Origin: Planctomycetota bacterium
Lineage (GTDB): Bacteria; Planctomycetota; JAJSAM01; JAJVHW01
Reading direction: 5' to 3'
NCBI GenBank assembly: GCA_965248445.1
Contig: CBDFJG010000004.1
Span: 192,001-256,000, forward strand
DNA: 64,000 nt
A program made the translations under genes and the position numbers. Numbering within the stretch: position 1 is the stretch's first letter; the number at the start of each line of letters is the position of its first letter. Shown here one piece after another: positions 52,880 to 61,740 of this stretch. The notes under the pieces are model-generated. The model saw only the letters and a program-made list of their open reading frames with translations. It made no database searches and was not told the origin of the DNA.

Positions 52880-53191
52880 TCAGTACTCGAAGACGCCGTA
52901 GTCCAGCTCGACCTCGGTGGTCGGCGTCATGTCGATCGCGTCCCACGGGCAGCCCTCGAGGTAGATGCCCATCTTGCCCTTGGAGATGCACTGCTTGCAG
53001 CCGATGCACTTGAGGGGATCGACCCAGATGTAGCCGAACGGGTTGTTCGTGTCGTCGTGGATGAGCTGCATGCAGTTCTCCACGGGACAGAGCGTCTGGC
53101 AGACCGGCGAGCCCGCGCAGCCGGTGCAGGCGTCATTGATGACGGCCAGCTCCTTGGGCTTGCGCTTGCGCTTGTTGGTCAGCTGGGGCAT
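52880..53191 (-). CDS. 4Fe-4S dicluster ferredoxin with insertions
   Basis: CTGCAGSPVCQTLCP and CIGCKQC-x11-CPWDAI; GGAGG RBS. Confidence 0.9.
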   Translation of the reverse strand: MPQLTNKRKRKPKELAVINDACTGCAGSPVCQTLCPVENCMQLIHDDTNNPFGYIWVDPLKCIGCKQCISKGKMGIYLEGCPWDAIDMTPTTEVELDYGVFEY

Positions 53192-53291
53192 CGCGCGACG
53201 GCCTCCGTACGGACTCGGTCTCGCCTCTGGGTGGGCACATGGTGCCGAACGGGTAACCCGCCGTGGTGGATTTTCGCTTCCCGGGCCACCG

Positions 53292-53819
53292 TCAGAAGCC
53301 CTCTCGAGCCAGGGCACGATCGATGTGCTCCTGCAGATCGTCCGCCTGCCACAAGCCCGGCCGGTGAAACAGCTTCCGGCCCTGGAAGAACAAGAGGTAG
53401 GCGGGGGGCACGAAGTCGGGGAAGCGTTCCATGACCCCCGGCGCGTCGTGGATCTCGAGGTAGCCCACCTTCATGGCGCCGCGGTTCATGTAGGCGAGGA
53501 CCTCGGTCTGGGACTTGGCCGCCCGGTTGGTGATGTTCCACTCCTCTGCGAAGTGGACCAATACAGGCTGACGGGCCCCGAGCACCTCCTCCTCGAACGT
53601 CGTGTCGTCCCACACCGGAAGCGTGGAGGGGCTCGACTTGGCCCGCCGCACGGCCAGGTAAGTCATCAGCACGACCGGCAGGACGACGAGCAGCACTAGG
53701 ATCACGTCGAAGAACGTGCGCTGGCCCTCGACCTCATCGGAGACCGGCGGCGCACCGTCCTGCGCCGCGGCGGCCGCCGCGAGGATGAGCAGCCAGATCA
53801 CCGCGAGGGCATGGCGCAT
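53292..53819 (-). CDS. Membrane-anchored thioredoxin-fold protein lacking CxxC
   Basis: Signal peptide and TM, then DDTTFEEEVL..QPVLVHFAEEW-NITN and PAYLLFFQG. Confidence 0.78.
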   Translation of the reverse strand: MRHALAVIWLLILAAAAAAQDGAPPVSDEVEGQRTFFDVILVLLVVLPVVLMTYLAVRRAKSSPSTLPVWDDTTFEEEVLGARQPVLVHFAEEWNITNRAAKSQTEVLAYMNRGAMKVGYLEIHDAPGVMERFPDFVPPAYLLFFQGRKLFHRPGLWQADDLQEHIDRALAREGF

Positions 53820-54346
53820 CACGACGCCGTCTCCGTTCGGAGGAGCGCGGCCGCCCGCCGCTTCTCGACGCGCCAGCGGCGCATCGTGATCAGCCACGCC
53901 ACCGGGCCCGGTCCGCTGACCAATGCCGCCGCCAGCGCCACCTGCGCGCGACTCATCTGCGCCGTCGGTGGGAAGGCAACGAACAGCAGCACGACGGCGA
54001 CGACCGTCAGCGGCACGAGGATCGTGACCGTCCACGAGCGGAGCCCGGCGTCGCGCAGCAGAGTCGAAGCCATGACCGCCCACGCTCCGAGGAACCCGCA
54101 GAGGAACACCGCGATTTCCCGCCACCAGCCGCCGGGCTCGCGGAACACGAAGTGCGGGATCAGGCGTGTCAGGGCGATCGCCTGGAGAACCACGTACAGC
54201 CCGGCCGCGTGCAACAGGCTCTTGGCCATGTCGCGCACGTGCCAGTCGTACTGCGCGAGCGACATCCCCGCGCGCTCGGACGGAGGGGCGGACGCGGGCA
54301 CGTCGTCGGGTGAAGTCTGCGCCATCTCTGCAAGGTACCGCGCCAT
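53819..54346 (-). CDS. Hypothetical membrane protein (about 4 TM)
   Basis: Hydrophobic helices; stop coupled by TGATG to the next gene. Start uncertain (54346 or 54325). Confidence 0.65.
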   Translation of the reverse strand: MARYLAEMAQTSPDDVPASAPPSERAGMSLAQYDWHVRDMAKSLLHAAGLYVVLQAIALTRLIPHFVFREPGGWWREIAVFLCGFLGAWAVMASTLLRDAGLRSWTVTILVPLTVVAVVLLFVAFPPTAQMSRAQVALAAALVSGPGPVAWLITMRRWRVEKRRAAALLRTETAS

Positions 54347-54534
54347 CCGCGTCAGCCGATGGGGCCAGACAACCGCGCCCCGATCGGCCAGGAGAATCGC
54401 GCCATCCGCGTCAGCGGATGGGCCAGGGAAACGATGCGGGCGACCTCGACGTGTGTCGAGATCGCCCGCCTGCGGAGTTTCCCCCGGCCTACTTCGTGTC
54501 ACTGCAGGTGCGCGTGACTACCGGCCCCGCGCGT

Positions 54535-56367
54535 CTACCACTTGTGCGCGAGCCAGTCCTTCTGGAGCTGGTCGAGGTCGAGGCCCCTGGTGGCTTCCTT
54601 GAGCGACTCACCGTGCCACTGGGCGGGCTCGATGACGTCCGATGTGACGCTGCCCGGGCCATCGAGTTCGCCACCGGCCGTGCCGCCTTCGCCTTCGCCT
54701 TCGCCTTCACCCTCGCCCTCGCCGGTCGGCTCACCGTCGTCGCCCTCGCCACCGCCCCCGCCGGGGTTGAACCCGTCCTCGAGCGCCTTCTCGCGGCCCT
54801 GGGTGACGAACGACTTCAGCGTGTTGAAGTACGTCGGGAGGATCTTCTGATACTCCTTGTTCTTCGTCGTGCGCAGGAAGTAGATGAACGACCAGCCCAG
54901 CGCGTAGTTGGCGCCGGCGGGGATGCCGAACTCGTTGCTGCCGTAATACTGCCGCTGGCGCCAGGTCAGCCACTCGCGCAAGTGGAGGATCTCAGGCTTC
55001 TCCTCAGCGGTGTCCGCACCGTCCCCGGTGACCGGCCCGCTCGGAGCCGCCGTGGTCGTCTTGCGACGGATGCCTTCCTCCCACTTGCGCTTCGCCTTGC
55101 GCGCTTCCTCGGTGCGCCAGCCGAACACGTCTCGCTTGAACTTGCCGCCCTTGTAGACGTGGCCGGAGAAGAAGTCGCCGTGGCCCTCGTTGAACCACGA
55201 GTGCGGGGAGACCTCACCGACGGAGTAGAAGATGTACTGGTGGAACGCCTCGTGATAGAGGACGCGGATTGCGTCCTTCTTGTCGTTCTTGTCCTGATAG
55301 AGCACGAGCTCTTCGTGGTACGACGACCAGTAGCCCGCTGAACTGCGCGGCGCGCCGTACGCCATGTACTGATCGCGCGTCTCGCAGATGCGCACAATGC
55401 TGACGTCGAAGAACTCACGGTCCGCGGGGAAGACGACCTCGTAGACCTGCTTGCGTAGCGCCTCGATCTCCTTGGCGACGCGATCGACGATCTTCTTCTT
55501 GTTCACGTCTTCGTCGTAGACGACGAGGTAGTTGTCGGTGCGCTTGTACTTCCAGCCCTTGATGATCTTCTCTTTCACGAACTTCGTGAGCTTCTCACGG
55601 ACTTCCTCGGGGTCCTTGTCGCGGAGGAACTTGGACTCGTCGTCACCCGACTTGTTCTTGAGCTCGCGCCGTTTGAACGACTTGACGGTCGCCTCGAACT
55701 GCTTGCGGAACTTCTTGGCGAACTTCACGTCGACGTAGCCGTAGAAGCCGAGTTCGATGATCTCGGTCTCGGTCTCCCACCCGGTCGTCGCGAGCCAGAG
55801 CCACCACGTCGCCCTGGTGCCCTTCGGCCGCTTCTTGTGGTAGTTGACCTCGAGGATGCGGCACTCGTGCTTCGAGGCGGTCTTGATGTACTTGGGCTTC
55901 TTCTGTGCCTCGATGCGCTCGGCGTACGGAACGACCTCACCGAACAGGTGCTTTTGCCAGGTCATCATCTCGTTGACCTCGGTCTCGAGGTTCTTCTTCG
56001 TGCCCTGCATGGCGAACCGCAGGTACGACGCCTTCATCTCGTCGGTCCACTCCTCCGATCCCTCAGGCAGTTCGACCTCGTCGGCGGCGAGCTCGCCCTT
56101 GGGCTTCACCGTCCAGATGATCTTGAACGTGGGCTGGTCGGCGGAGTACCGCTTGTACACGGGCGAGGGGTCCTTGAACTCCGCCGCGATGTGCATGTCG
56201 TCGTCGCCGGGCTTCGGGGGGACCTGCTCGAACGAGTCCTCGACCGAGCACGTGAATCCGCGGATCGGATCCTTGTGGGTCTTCTTCCTGGCGTACGCGG
56301 GTTGCGTGGGAGCCAACAGGGCCGCCGCAGCCACGAGGGCAACGGCGATGGCAGACAAGGTGCGCAT
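54535..56367 (-). CDS. Secreted zinc metallopeptidase-like protein (DUF1570-like)
   Basis: Signal peptide ending AYA; SAGYWS, LYHEAFHQY, WFNEGHGDFF, NYALGWSFIYFL; Lys-rich. Confidence 0.85.
   Translation of the reverse strand: MRTLSAIAVALVAAAALLAPTQPAYARKKTHKDPIRGFTCSVEDSFEQVPPKPGDDDMHIAAEFKDPSPVYKRYSADQPTFKIIWTVKPKGELAADEVELPEGSEEWTDEMKASYLRFAMQGTKKNLETEVNEMMTWQKHLFGEVVPYAERIEAQKKPKYIKTASKHECRILEVNYHKKRPKGTRATWWLWLATTGWETETEIIELGFYGYVDVKFAKKFRKQFEATVKSFKRRELKNKSGDDESKFLRDKDPEEVREKLTKFVKEKIIKGWKYKRTDNYLVVYDEDVNKKKIVDRVAKEIEALRKQVYEVVFPADREFFDVSIVRICETRDQYMAYGAPRSSAGYWSSYHEELVLYQDKNDKKDAIRVLYHEAFHQYIFYSVGEVSPHSWFNEGHGDFFSGHVYKGGKFKRDVFGWRTEEARKAKRKWEEGIRRKTTTAAPSGPVTGDGADTAEEKPEILHLREWLTWRQRQYYGSNEFGIPAGANYALGWSFIYFLRTTKNKEYQKILPTYFNTLKSFVTQGREKALEDGFNPGGGGGEGDDGEPTGEGEGEGEGEGEGGTAGGELDGPGSVTSDVIEPAQWHGESLKEATRGLDLDQLQKDWLAHKW
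54685..54723 (-). repeat. 6-bp coding tandem repeat (Gly-Glu)n
   Basis: gccttc/gccctc repeats on the + strand encoding GEGEGEGEGEGEG. Confidence 0.8.
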
Positions 56368-56601
56368 CAGTGGGTCCTTCCTCTCTCGTCTCTCGACTCC
56401 CCCATGGGGAACGCCCGCTCCGGCGCCCGGTTCGAAAACAGGGCCGCACGCCCTATAGGACGCACGAGGACGGTCATCGTTCCCACATAGGTGTTGCATC
56501 GGCATCGACGGACCTCGGCCTGCGATCCGAGGCTGGTCCCCAAGACCGCGGCCGCCTCCCGCCATCGAGGCCGGTGGCAACCCGGATAGAGTAGCCGATC
56601 G

Positions 56602-56958
56602 ATGGATCCTAAGCTGATCTCGGCGGAGGGTTTTCGGGCCGCGTGCGAGGGCGCCCGGCCTGCGTTCGTGCTGGACGTGCGCGAGTCGGACGGCTTCGCC
56701 CTCGGACGCATCCCGGGCTCAGTGAATGTCCCGGTCCACGATCTCGGGCGCCGGCGGCGGGACCTGCCGGCCAGCACCATCGAGCGGATCTTGCTGGTCG
56801 GCGACGACCGGCATCGCACGCTCGCGGCGGCCCGGTTCCTCGACCTGATGGGCTTCGGCGATCTCGCCGTGCTCGACGGCGGCATCGCGGCCTGGGACGG
56901 TCCGCTTGAGCGGGACGAGGCCGCCGCGGATGCAGCGGCTGGCCCGGAGCCGTCGTGA
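56602..56958 (+). CDS. Rhodanese-like domain protein without catalytic Cys
   Basis: VLDVRE, GRIPGSVNVP, LDGGIAAW; the active-loop position reads LVGDDRHRT. Confidence 0.85.
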   Translation: MDPKLISAEGFRAACEGARPAFVLDVRESDGFALGRIPGSVNVPVHDLGRRRRDLPASTIERILLVGDDRHRTLAAARFLDLMGFGDLAVLDGGIAAWDGPLERDEAAADAAAGPEPS

Positions 56959-56966
56959 GCGGGCGT

Positions 56967-57893
56967 TCAGCCCAGATCGTCGTAGCGCAGCGGCGCCGTC
57001 GAGAGAGCGAACCGGTCGCCGTCACGAGCGACCAGGAAACCGGCGTCCCGCAGACCCTTCCAATCTCTCTGGAGGCTGCGGAGACTCGGGGCCCGCCGTC
57101 CCGCGTGCAGACCGACGTAGTCCTCGAAGCGGAGCGTGCGCCCCACGTCTCCGTCGTCCGGACCGCTCTCCGCGAACCAGCGCAACAACTGCTCTTGACG
57201 GGCACCGAGACCGGCTCCCCGCTCGTCCAGCCACCCGAGCAGGACGTGCCGCGCAGTCCATTCGCGCTGCACCTCCCGCGTCACGGCGAGCGCCTCGACG
57301 AGCCGGTGCGCGCGGGTGCTGGCGAAGGCGTCCGGATCCGGCCGGCGGGCGTGCCCGTTGCCACCCGCAGCCGGGGGTGGGATCAGCACCCGGTCGGCCT
57401 CGAAGCCGTCAGCGCCGAGGAGCAGGGCCTCGGCCGCGTGGGCGACGGCCTCCGCCGGAGCCGCGAACGGCTGCACGAGCCGCAGCAGGAAGTGCAGCGC
57501 AAACGCCCGGGCGGGCGGCGGCCAGACCTCGATGGCGACCGGCGCGTTCACCGTCTCGAGGAGCTCTTCCAGGAGGTCCGCCAGCCCCGCGGCCGGAGGA
57601 GCCGGCGTGCCCTGGAACGCATCACCCGGTCCGCGACGCAGTCCCTCCCCCCCGGCGGCCTTCGCGAGCATCGTCAGATGGTCCCGCCGGACGGTCAGCA
57701 GCCCGTCCTCGCGGGCCAGCGCGGCAGCGGCATCGAGCGCGGCGCCGGCAGCCGGCGGCGCCGCATTCCGGGACCGACACCACGCGCGGAATCGTTGCGC
57801 CGCCCCAGGCGGCAGGGGCGCCAAGAGGACCTCCTCGCGGAGCAGGCGGGCCGCGAAGAGGGGTTCGCGAAGGGCGGAGAGATCCTGGAACAT
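56967..57893 (-). CDS. Degenerate Fic/FIDO-like protein with C-terminal winged HTH
   Basis: AFALHFLLRLVQPF aligns with the Fic pattern HxxFxxIHPF; C-terminal RQEQLL...SLRSLQRDWKGLRDAGFL. Start uncertain. Confidence 0.55.
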   Translation of the reverse strand: MFQDLSALREPLFAARLLREEVLLAPLPPGAAQRFRAWCRSRNAAPPAAGAALDAAAALAREDGLLTVRRDHLTMLAKAAGGEGLRRGPGDAFQGTPAPPAAGLADLLEELLETVNAPVAIEVWPPPARAFALHFLLRLVQPFAAPAEAVAHAAEALLLGADGFEADRVLIPPPAAGGNGHARRPDPDAFASTRAHRLVEALAVTREVQREWTARHVLLGWLDERGAGLGARQEQLLRWFAESGPDDGDVGRTLRFEDYVGLHAGRRAPSLRSLQRDWKGLRDAGFLVARDGDRFALSTAPLRYDDLG

Positions 57894-57899
57894 CGACGC

Positions 57900-58010
57900 C
57901 TTGATTGTCGTGCATCATATCTCTGTAAGTCTGATGAATTCCATGCTCTATGTCTTTATGGCTATTATTTTTGACGTGAAGTATGGCGTCCTTTTTGACG
58001 CCGGAGGAGG
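57900..58010. promoter_or_regulatory. AT-rich divergent promoter region
   Basis: Most AT-rich stretch of the window; TTTTTGACG at 57968 and 57992; inverted repeat GGCGTC-N6-GACGCC at 57985-58002; GGAGGAGG RBS. Confidence 0.6.
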
Positions 58011-58015
58011 CTGAC

Positions 58016-58441
58016 ATGGCCACGATCTTCTCACGCATCATCTCCCGGGAACTGCCGGGCCACTTCGTCTGGCGGGACGAGCGCGCCGTGGCGTTCCTCT
58101 CCATCAACCCGCTCAAACCGGGCCACACCCTGGTCGTGCCGGTCGCTGAGATCGACCACTGGCTCGACCTCACCGGAGAGCTCGCAGCGCACTGCATGCG
58201 GGTGGCGCGGGCAGTCGGCCACGCGATCCGGCGGGTCCACAAGCCGACCAAGGTCGGTCTGATGATTGCGGGCCTCGAGGTGCCCCACTGCCACCTGCAC
58301 GTCGCACCCATCAACGGGGTGCACGACCTGGATTTCGCGAACGCCGCGAAGGAGGTGCCGCCGGCGGAGGAACTGGCGACGGAGGCGCGCCGTCTTCGAC
58401 GGGCGCTCTCGGCGCTCGAATACCACCACGGCGCGGACTGA
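58016..58441 (+). CDS. HIT family hydrolase
   Basis: TIFSRII, FLSINPLKPGHTLVVP, EVPHCHLHV histidine triad. Confidence 0.94.
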   Translation: MATIFSRIISRELPGHFVWRDERAVAFLSINPLKPGHTLVVPVAEIDHWLDLTGELAAHCMRVARAVGHAIRRVHKPTKVGLMIAGLEVPHCHLHVAPINGVHDLDFANAAKEVPPAEELATEARRLRRALSALEYHHGAD

Positions 58442-58468
58442 CGGAACGGCTCGGGCTGACGGACTCCG

Positions 58469-58930
58469 TCAGTCGGGCGGCTCGAGCAGCCGGGCGCGCT
58501 CCTCCGGGGTGGTCAGCCGCTCGATGTCGGGGAACAGTGCCCGCTCCTCCCGGTCGTGGTGGTGCGCCATGAGCGTCCGGAAGGCGTGCTCCCGGCCGAT
58601 CAGGAGGACAATCTCGCGGTGAAGCGCTGGGTCCTCGCGGTCGAGCGCGGCGGTCGCTTCGACGATCTCGGCGGCCATCGCGCGGAGCTTCTCGTGCTCC
58701 TCGCGGTAGAAGCGCGGCTCGCCGATGCGCGACCAGCCGCCTCCCTTCTCGAGCACCGGAAGCAGGCGCTCCTCTTCGTGACGTGCGTGCGCCTCGAGTG
58801 ACTCGTGCAGTTCGCCCGCCAGGTCGCGCGCCGTCGCGAGATCGCCGCGCACAAGTGCCTCCTGATGCGCGAGAAGTGACTCGAGCAACTCGGAGTGGTC
58901 GTCGCGCAGCGCTTCGAATGCCTCGGTCAT
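58469..58930 (-). CDS. Hemerythrin-like domain protein
   Basis: DDH, HARHEE..LLP, EEH, HHHDREE.ALFP pattern. Confidence 0.85.
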   Translation of the reverse strand: MTEAFEALRDDHSELLESLLAHQEALVRGDLATARDLAGELHESLEAHARHEEERLLPVLEKGGGWSRIGEPRFYREEHEKLRAMAAEIVEATAALDREDPALHREIVLLIGREHAFRTLMAHHHDREERALFPDIERLTTPEERARLLEPPD

Positions 58931-59017
58931 GGTCCTCGAGCATACCGGGGCAGGCGCGGGCGCGCGGAGGCCCCTCCCCCGGCGACCCCGGGATCGGGCG
59001 GGGGTCCCGCCCCCTTG

Positions 59018-59953
59018 TCAGCGCGTCGCGGGACGCAACTCGATCAGCGTGATCTCGGGACGTGCCCAGAAGCGCACGCGTGGGGCGCTTCCGCCCTCCA
59101 TGCCCACGCCACGGCTCACATGCAGCGCCATGCCGTCCACGTCGTACAAGCCGCTCTCGTAGCGTTTCCCGTGGCGCGAGAACGTGATCAGCGCACCGAA
59201 GAACGGCAGGGCCACCTGGCCGCCGTGCGTGTGACCGGCGACCATCAAGTCGACCGTGCTGCCGCGGTGCGCGTGAGGAACGACCTCCGGGTGGGGCGGA
59301 TGGAACAGCGCAACTGTCGGGAAACGCGGATCCGCGTCACGCAGGGCGTCGGCGATGCCGTCTTCGTCCGACATCGGCGCGCCGACGAGTTGCAACGCGG
59401 TTCCGCGCACCGGCACGCGCACGAGTCGTCCGTCGAGAACCGTCGCCTTGGTGGGGGCGTCGAACTGGCCGGCGTCCGGCACATTCCAGATATCCCAGTT
59501 CCCGCGGACGGCGTAGACCGGCGCGACTGCGGCCAGACGTTCGATGCAAGCGCGGAACACGGGAAGCGCTTCCACGGAATTCACTGCATCGCCCGTGAAC
59601 ACGATCACATCCGGCGAGAGGTCCCGCGCGGCATCGGCCACGCGGTCTTCGAGTCGCGACTGCGGGTCGCTCTGCAGGTCCGAGACGTGCAGCACGCGGA
59701 TGGGGGGCGTACCCGGTGCGAGCTTGGTGGTGGAGACGCTGATCTGCCGCACGTCCAGCCAGTAGGGCTCGATGAACCGCCCGTACGCCATGCAGAGAAC
59801 GCCGAGCGCGCCCGCTGCCAGTATCCCCTTCGCGAGTTTCCCGAGCGGTGCCGACTTGCCGCGCCTCCGGGCGCTCACGTAGCGCACGACGACGAACAGC
59901 ACCAGTGCATAGACCGCCGCCAGAGCCGTCACGAAGAGCAACACGCGGAGCAT
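59018..59953 (-). CDS. Membrane-anchored metallophosphoesterase (YkuE-like)
   Basis: HVSDLQ, TGDAVN, RGNWD, FHPP, GHTHGGQ, VSRGVG. Confidence 0.88.
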   Translation of the reverse strand: MLRVLLFVTALAAVYALVLFVVVRYVSARRRGKSAPLGKLAKGILAAGALGVLCMAYGRFIEPYWLDVRQISVSTTKLAPGTPPIRVLHVSDLQSDPQSRLEDRVADAARDLSPDVIVFTGDAVNSVEALPVFRACIERLAAVAPVYAVRGNWDIWNVPDAGQFDAPTKATVLDGRLVRVPVRGTALQLVGAPMSDEDGIADALRDADPRFPTVALFHPPHPEVVPHAHRGSTVDLMVAGHTHGGQVALPFFGALITFSRHGKRYESGLYDVDGMALHVSRGVGMEGGSAPRVRFWARPEITLIELRPATR

Positions 59954-60094
59954 CTCGATTCTCAGCACCAGCGGTGGGGGTCTCCGGAGTCGGGCACGCG
60001 CCGGGTTGGACGGATGGGAGTCCGGTCACATACTCGCCGTTCCTGGGAACCTCGCGGTCGCTCGGGGGCCCCGGATATCCTCCCGGGCTCGACT

Positions 60095-60775
60095 ATGAGA
60101 TCTCCCACTCCCGCCGTCGCCCCCCTCCGGATCGTCCGCCCGGGCTCCGTCTCGTACCGCGACGCGTGGGAGATGCAGCGAGAGGCGGCACGGGCACTGC
60201 GCGCTGACGAGGGCCCCGAGACACTGTTCCTGCTCCAGCATCCGCCGGTGGTGACGCTCGGGCGGCGGGCGCGGGACGACGGGCACCTGCTCGTGCCTCG
60301 CGAGGAACTCGAGAAGCGCGGCTTCGAGGTCGTGGACACGGACCGCGGCGGCGACGTCACGTTTCACGGGCCCGGGCAGATCGTCGGTTACCCCATCCTC
60401 GACCTGCGCAAGCGGCGCAGCGGACCACGCGGACACCTCCAGTTCATGGAGGAGGTGCTGCTCCACGTGCTCGCGACGTACGGGATCCGCGCGTTCCGCG
60501 ATCCGGAGCACACCGGAGTGTGGACGGAGCAGGGCAAGATCGTCGCCATGGGCATCCGTGTCTCCGCGGGCATATCGCTCCACGGCTTCGCGTTGAACGT
60601 CGCGGCGGAGTTGCAGGGGTTCGGGATGATCGTTCCCTGCGGCATCGACGGCCGCGCCGTCGCCTCGATGACGGGGATGCTCGGCGAGGCGCCGGACATC
60701 GACGACGTCATGGACCGGATCGCGGAGACGTTCCGCACGGCGCCGAGTGAATGGGGACGTACGAGCAAGGCATGA
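60095..60775 (+). CDS. lipB: Octanoyltransferase LipB
   Basis: QHPPVVTLGR, DRGGDVTFHGPGQIVGYP, KIVAMG, HGFALN, IVPCGI. Confidence 0.95.
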   Translation: MRSPTPAVAPLRIVRPGSVSYRDAWEMQREAARALRADEGPETLFLLQHPPVVTLGRRARDDGHLLVPREELEKRGFEVVDTDRGGDVTFHGPGQIVGYPILDLRKRRSGPRGHLQFMEEVLLHVLATYGIRAFRDPEHTGVWTEQGKIVAMGIRVSAGISLHGFALNVAAELQGFGMIVPCGIDGRAVASMTGMLGEAPDIDDVMDRIAETFRTAPSEWGRTSKA

Positions 60776-61740
60776 GCGACACGGTCATTCCATCGACATC
60801 ATTGAAGAAGCCGGGCAAGCGCCGTCTACCCGGGTGGTTCAAGCGACCGCTCGGCAGCGGTCCGGAGTTCAACCACGTCAGTTCTCTCGTCGGTGACCTG
60901 GGACTCCACACGGTCTGTCAGAGCGCCCGCTGCCCGAACCGCGGCGAGTGCTGGTCGATCGGCACAGCCACGTTCATGATCCTCGGCGAGGTCTGCACGC
61001 GGGGCTGCCGCTACTGCGCGGTCCCCAAGGGCAAGCCGCTGGAGCTCGATCTCGACGAACCCCGGCGCGTCGGCGAAGCCGTGAGGAAGCTCGACCTGCG
61101 ACACACCGTGATCACGAGCGTGGATCGCGACGACCTCGCCGACGGCGGCGCCTCGATCTGGGCCGAGACGATCCGCGCGATCCGCCGCGACGCTCCCGGC
61201 TGTGCGGTGGAGGTCCTCATCCCGGACTTCGCGCACACCGAGGGCGACGCGCTCGCGGTCGTGATGGATGCGCGGCCGGACATCCTGAACCACAACATCG
61301 AGACGGTCCCTCGCCTGTTCCCGGTCGCGCGCAAGGGCGGCGACTATCAGTTGTCGCTGGGCGTGCTGCGCCGGGCCCGCGAACTCCGCCCCGACGTGCC
61401 GACGAAGAGCGGCATGATGCTCGGCCTCGGCGAGACCGACCCCGAGGTCCGGCAGGTGCTGCACGACCTGCGCGCGGTCGGCGTCGACATCGTGACCATG
61501 GGCCAGTACCTCGCGCCCGAACAGGACAACGGCTTCTATCTGCCGATCGACCGCTTCGTTCCTCCGGAAGACTTCGACGAGTGGGCGCGGTTCGCGCGCT
61601 CGATCGGCTTCCGTCACGCGGAGTGTGGTCCGCTCGTGCGCTCGTCGTACCACGCCGAGAAGCAGGCCGGCGGCCGGCGGCCCAGTGAGGCGCTGAGCAC
61701 CCGCGAGACTCTGGGCGAGGTCGCGAGCGACGCAGAGTGA
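60772..61740 (+). CDS. lipA: Lipoyl synthase LipA
   Basis: CQSARCPNRGEC, CTRGCRYC, TSVDRDDL, NHNIETV, RSSY; ATGA overlap with lipB. Confidence 0.97.
   Translation: MSDTVIPSTSLKKPGKRRLPGWFKRPLGSGPEFNHVSSLVGDLGLHTVCQSARCPNRGECWSIGTATFMILGEVCTRGCRYCAVPKGKPLELDLDEPRRVGEAVRKLDLRHTVITSVDRDDLADGGASIWAETIRAIRRDAPGCAVEVLIPDFAHTEGDALAVVMDARPDILNHNIETVPRLFPVARKGGDYQLSLGVLRRARELRPDVPTKSGMMLGLGETDPEVRQVLHDLRAVGVDIVTMGQYLAPEQDNGFYLPIDRFVPPEDFDEWARFARSIGFRHAECGPLVRSSYHAEKQAGGRRPSEALSTRETLGEVASDAE

Noticed and set aside
53292..56958. Additional Sec codons in the Cys-less thioredoxin-like and rhodanese genes
   Set aside because: Both frames are open through the active-site positions with sense codons; no in-frame TGA.
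58895..60094. Long N-terminal extension of LipB, and similar extensions of the pfkB-like, htrA-like, ABC ATPase and DUF420 ORFs in the track
   Set aside because: They overlap real genes on other frames or strands; RBS, gene coupling and homology point to the downstream starts used here.
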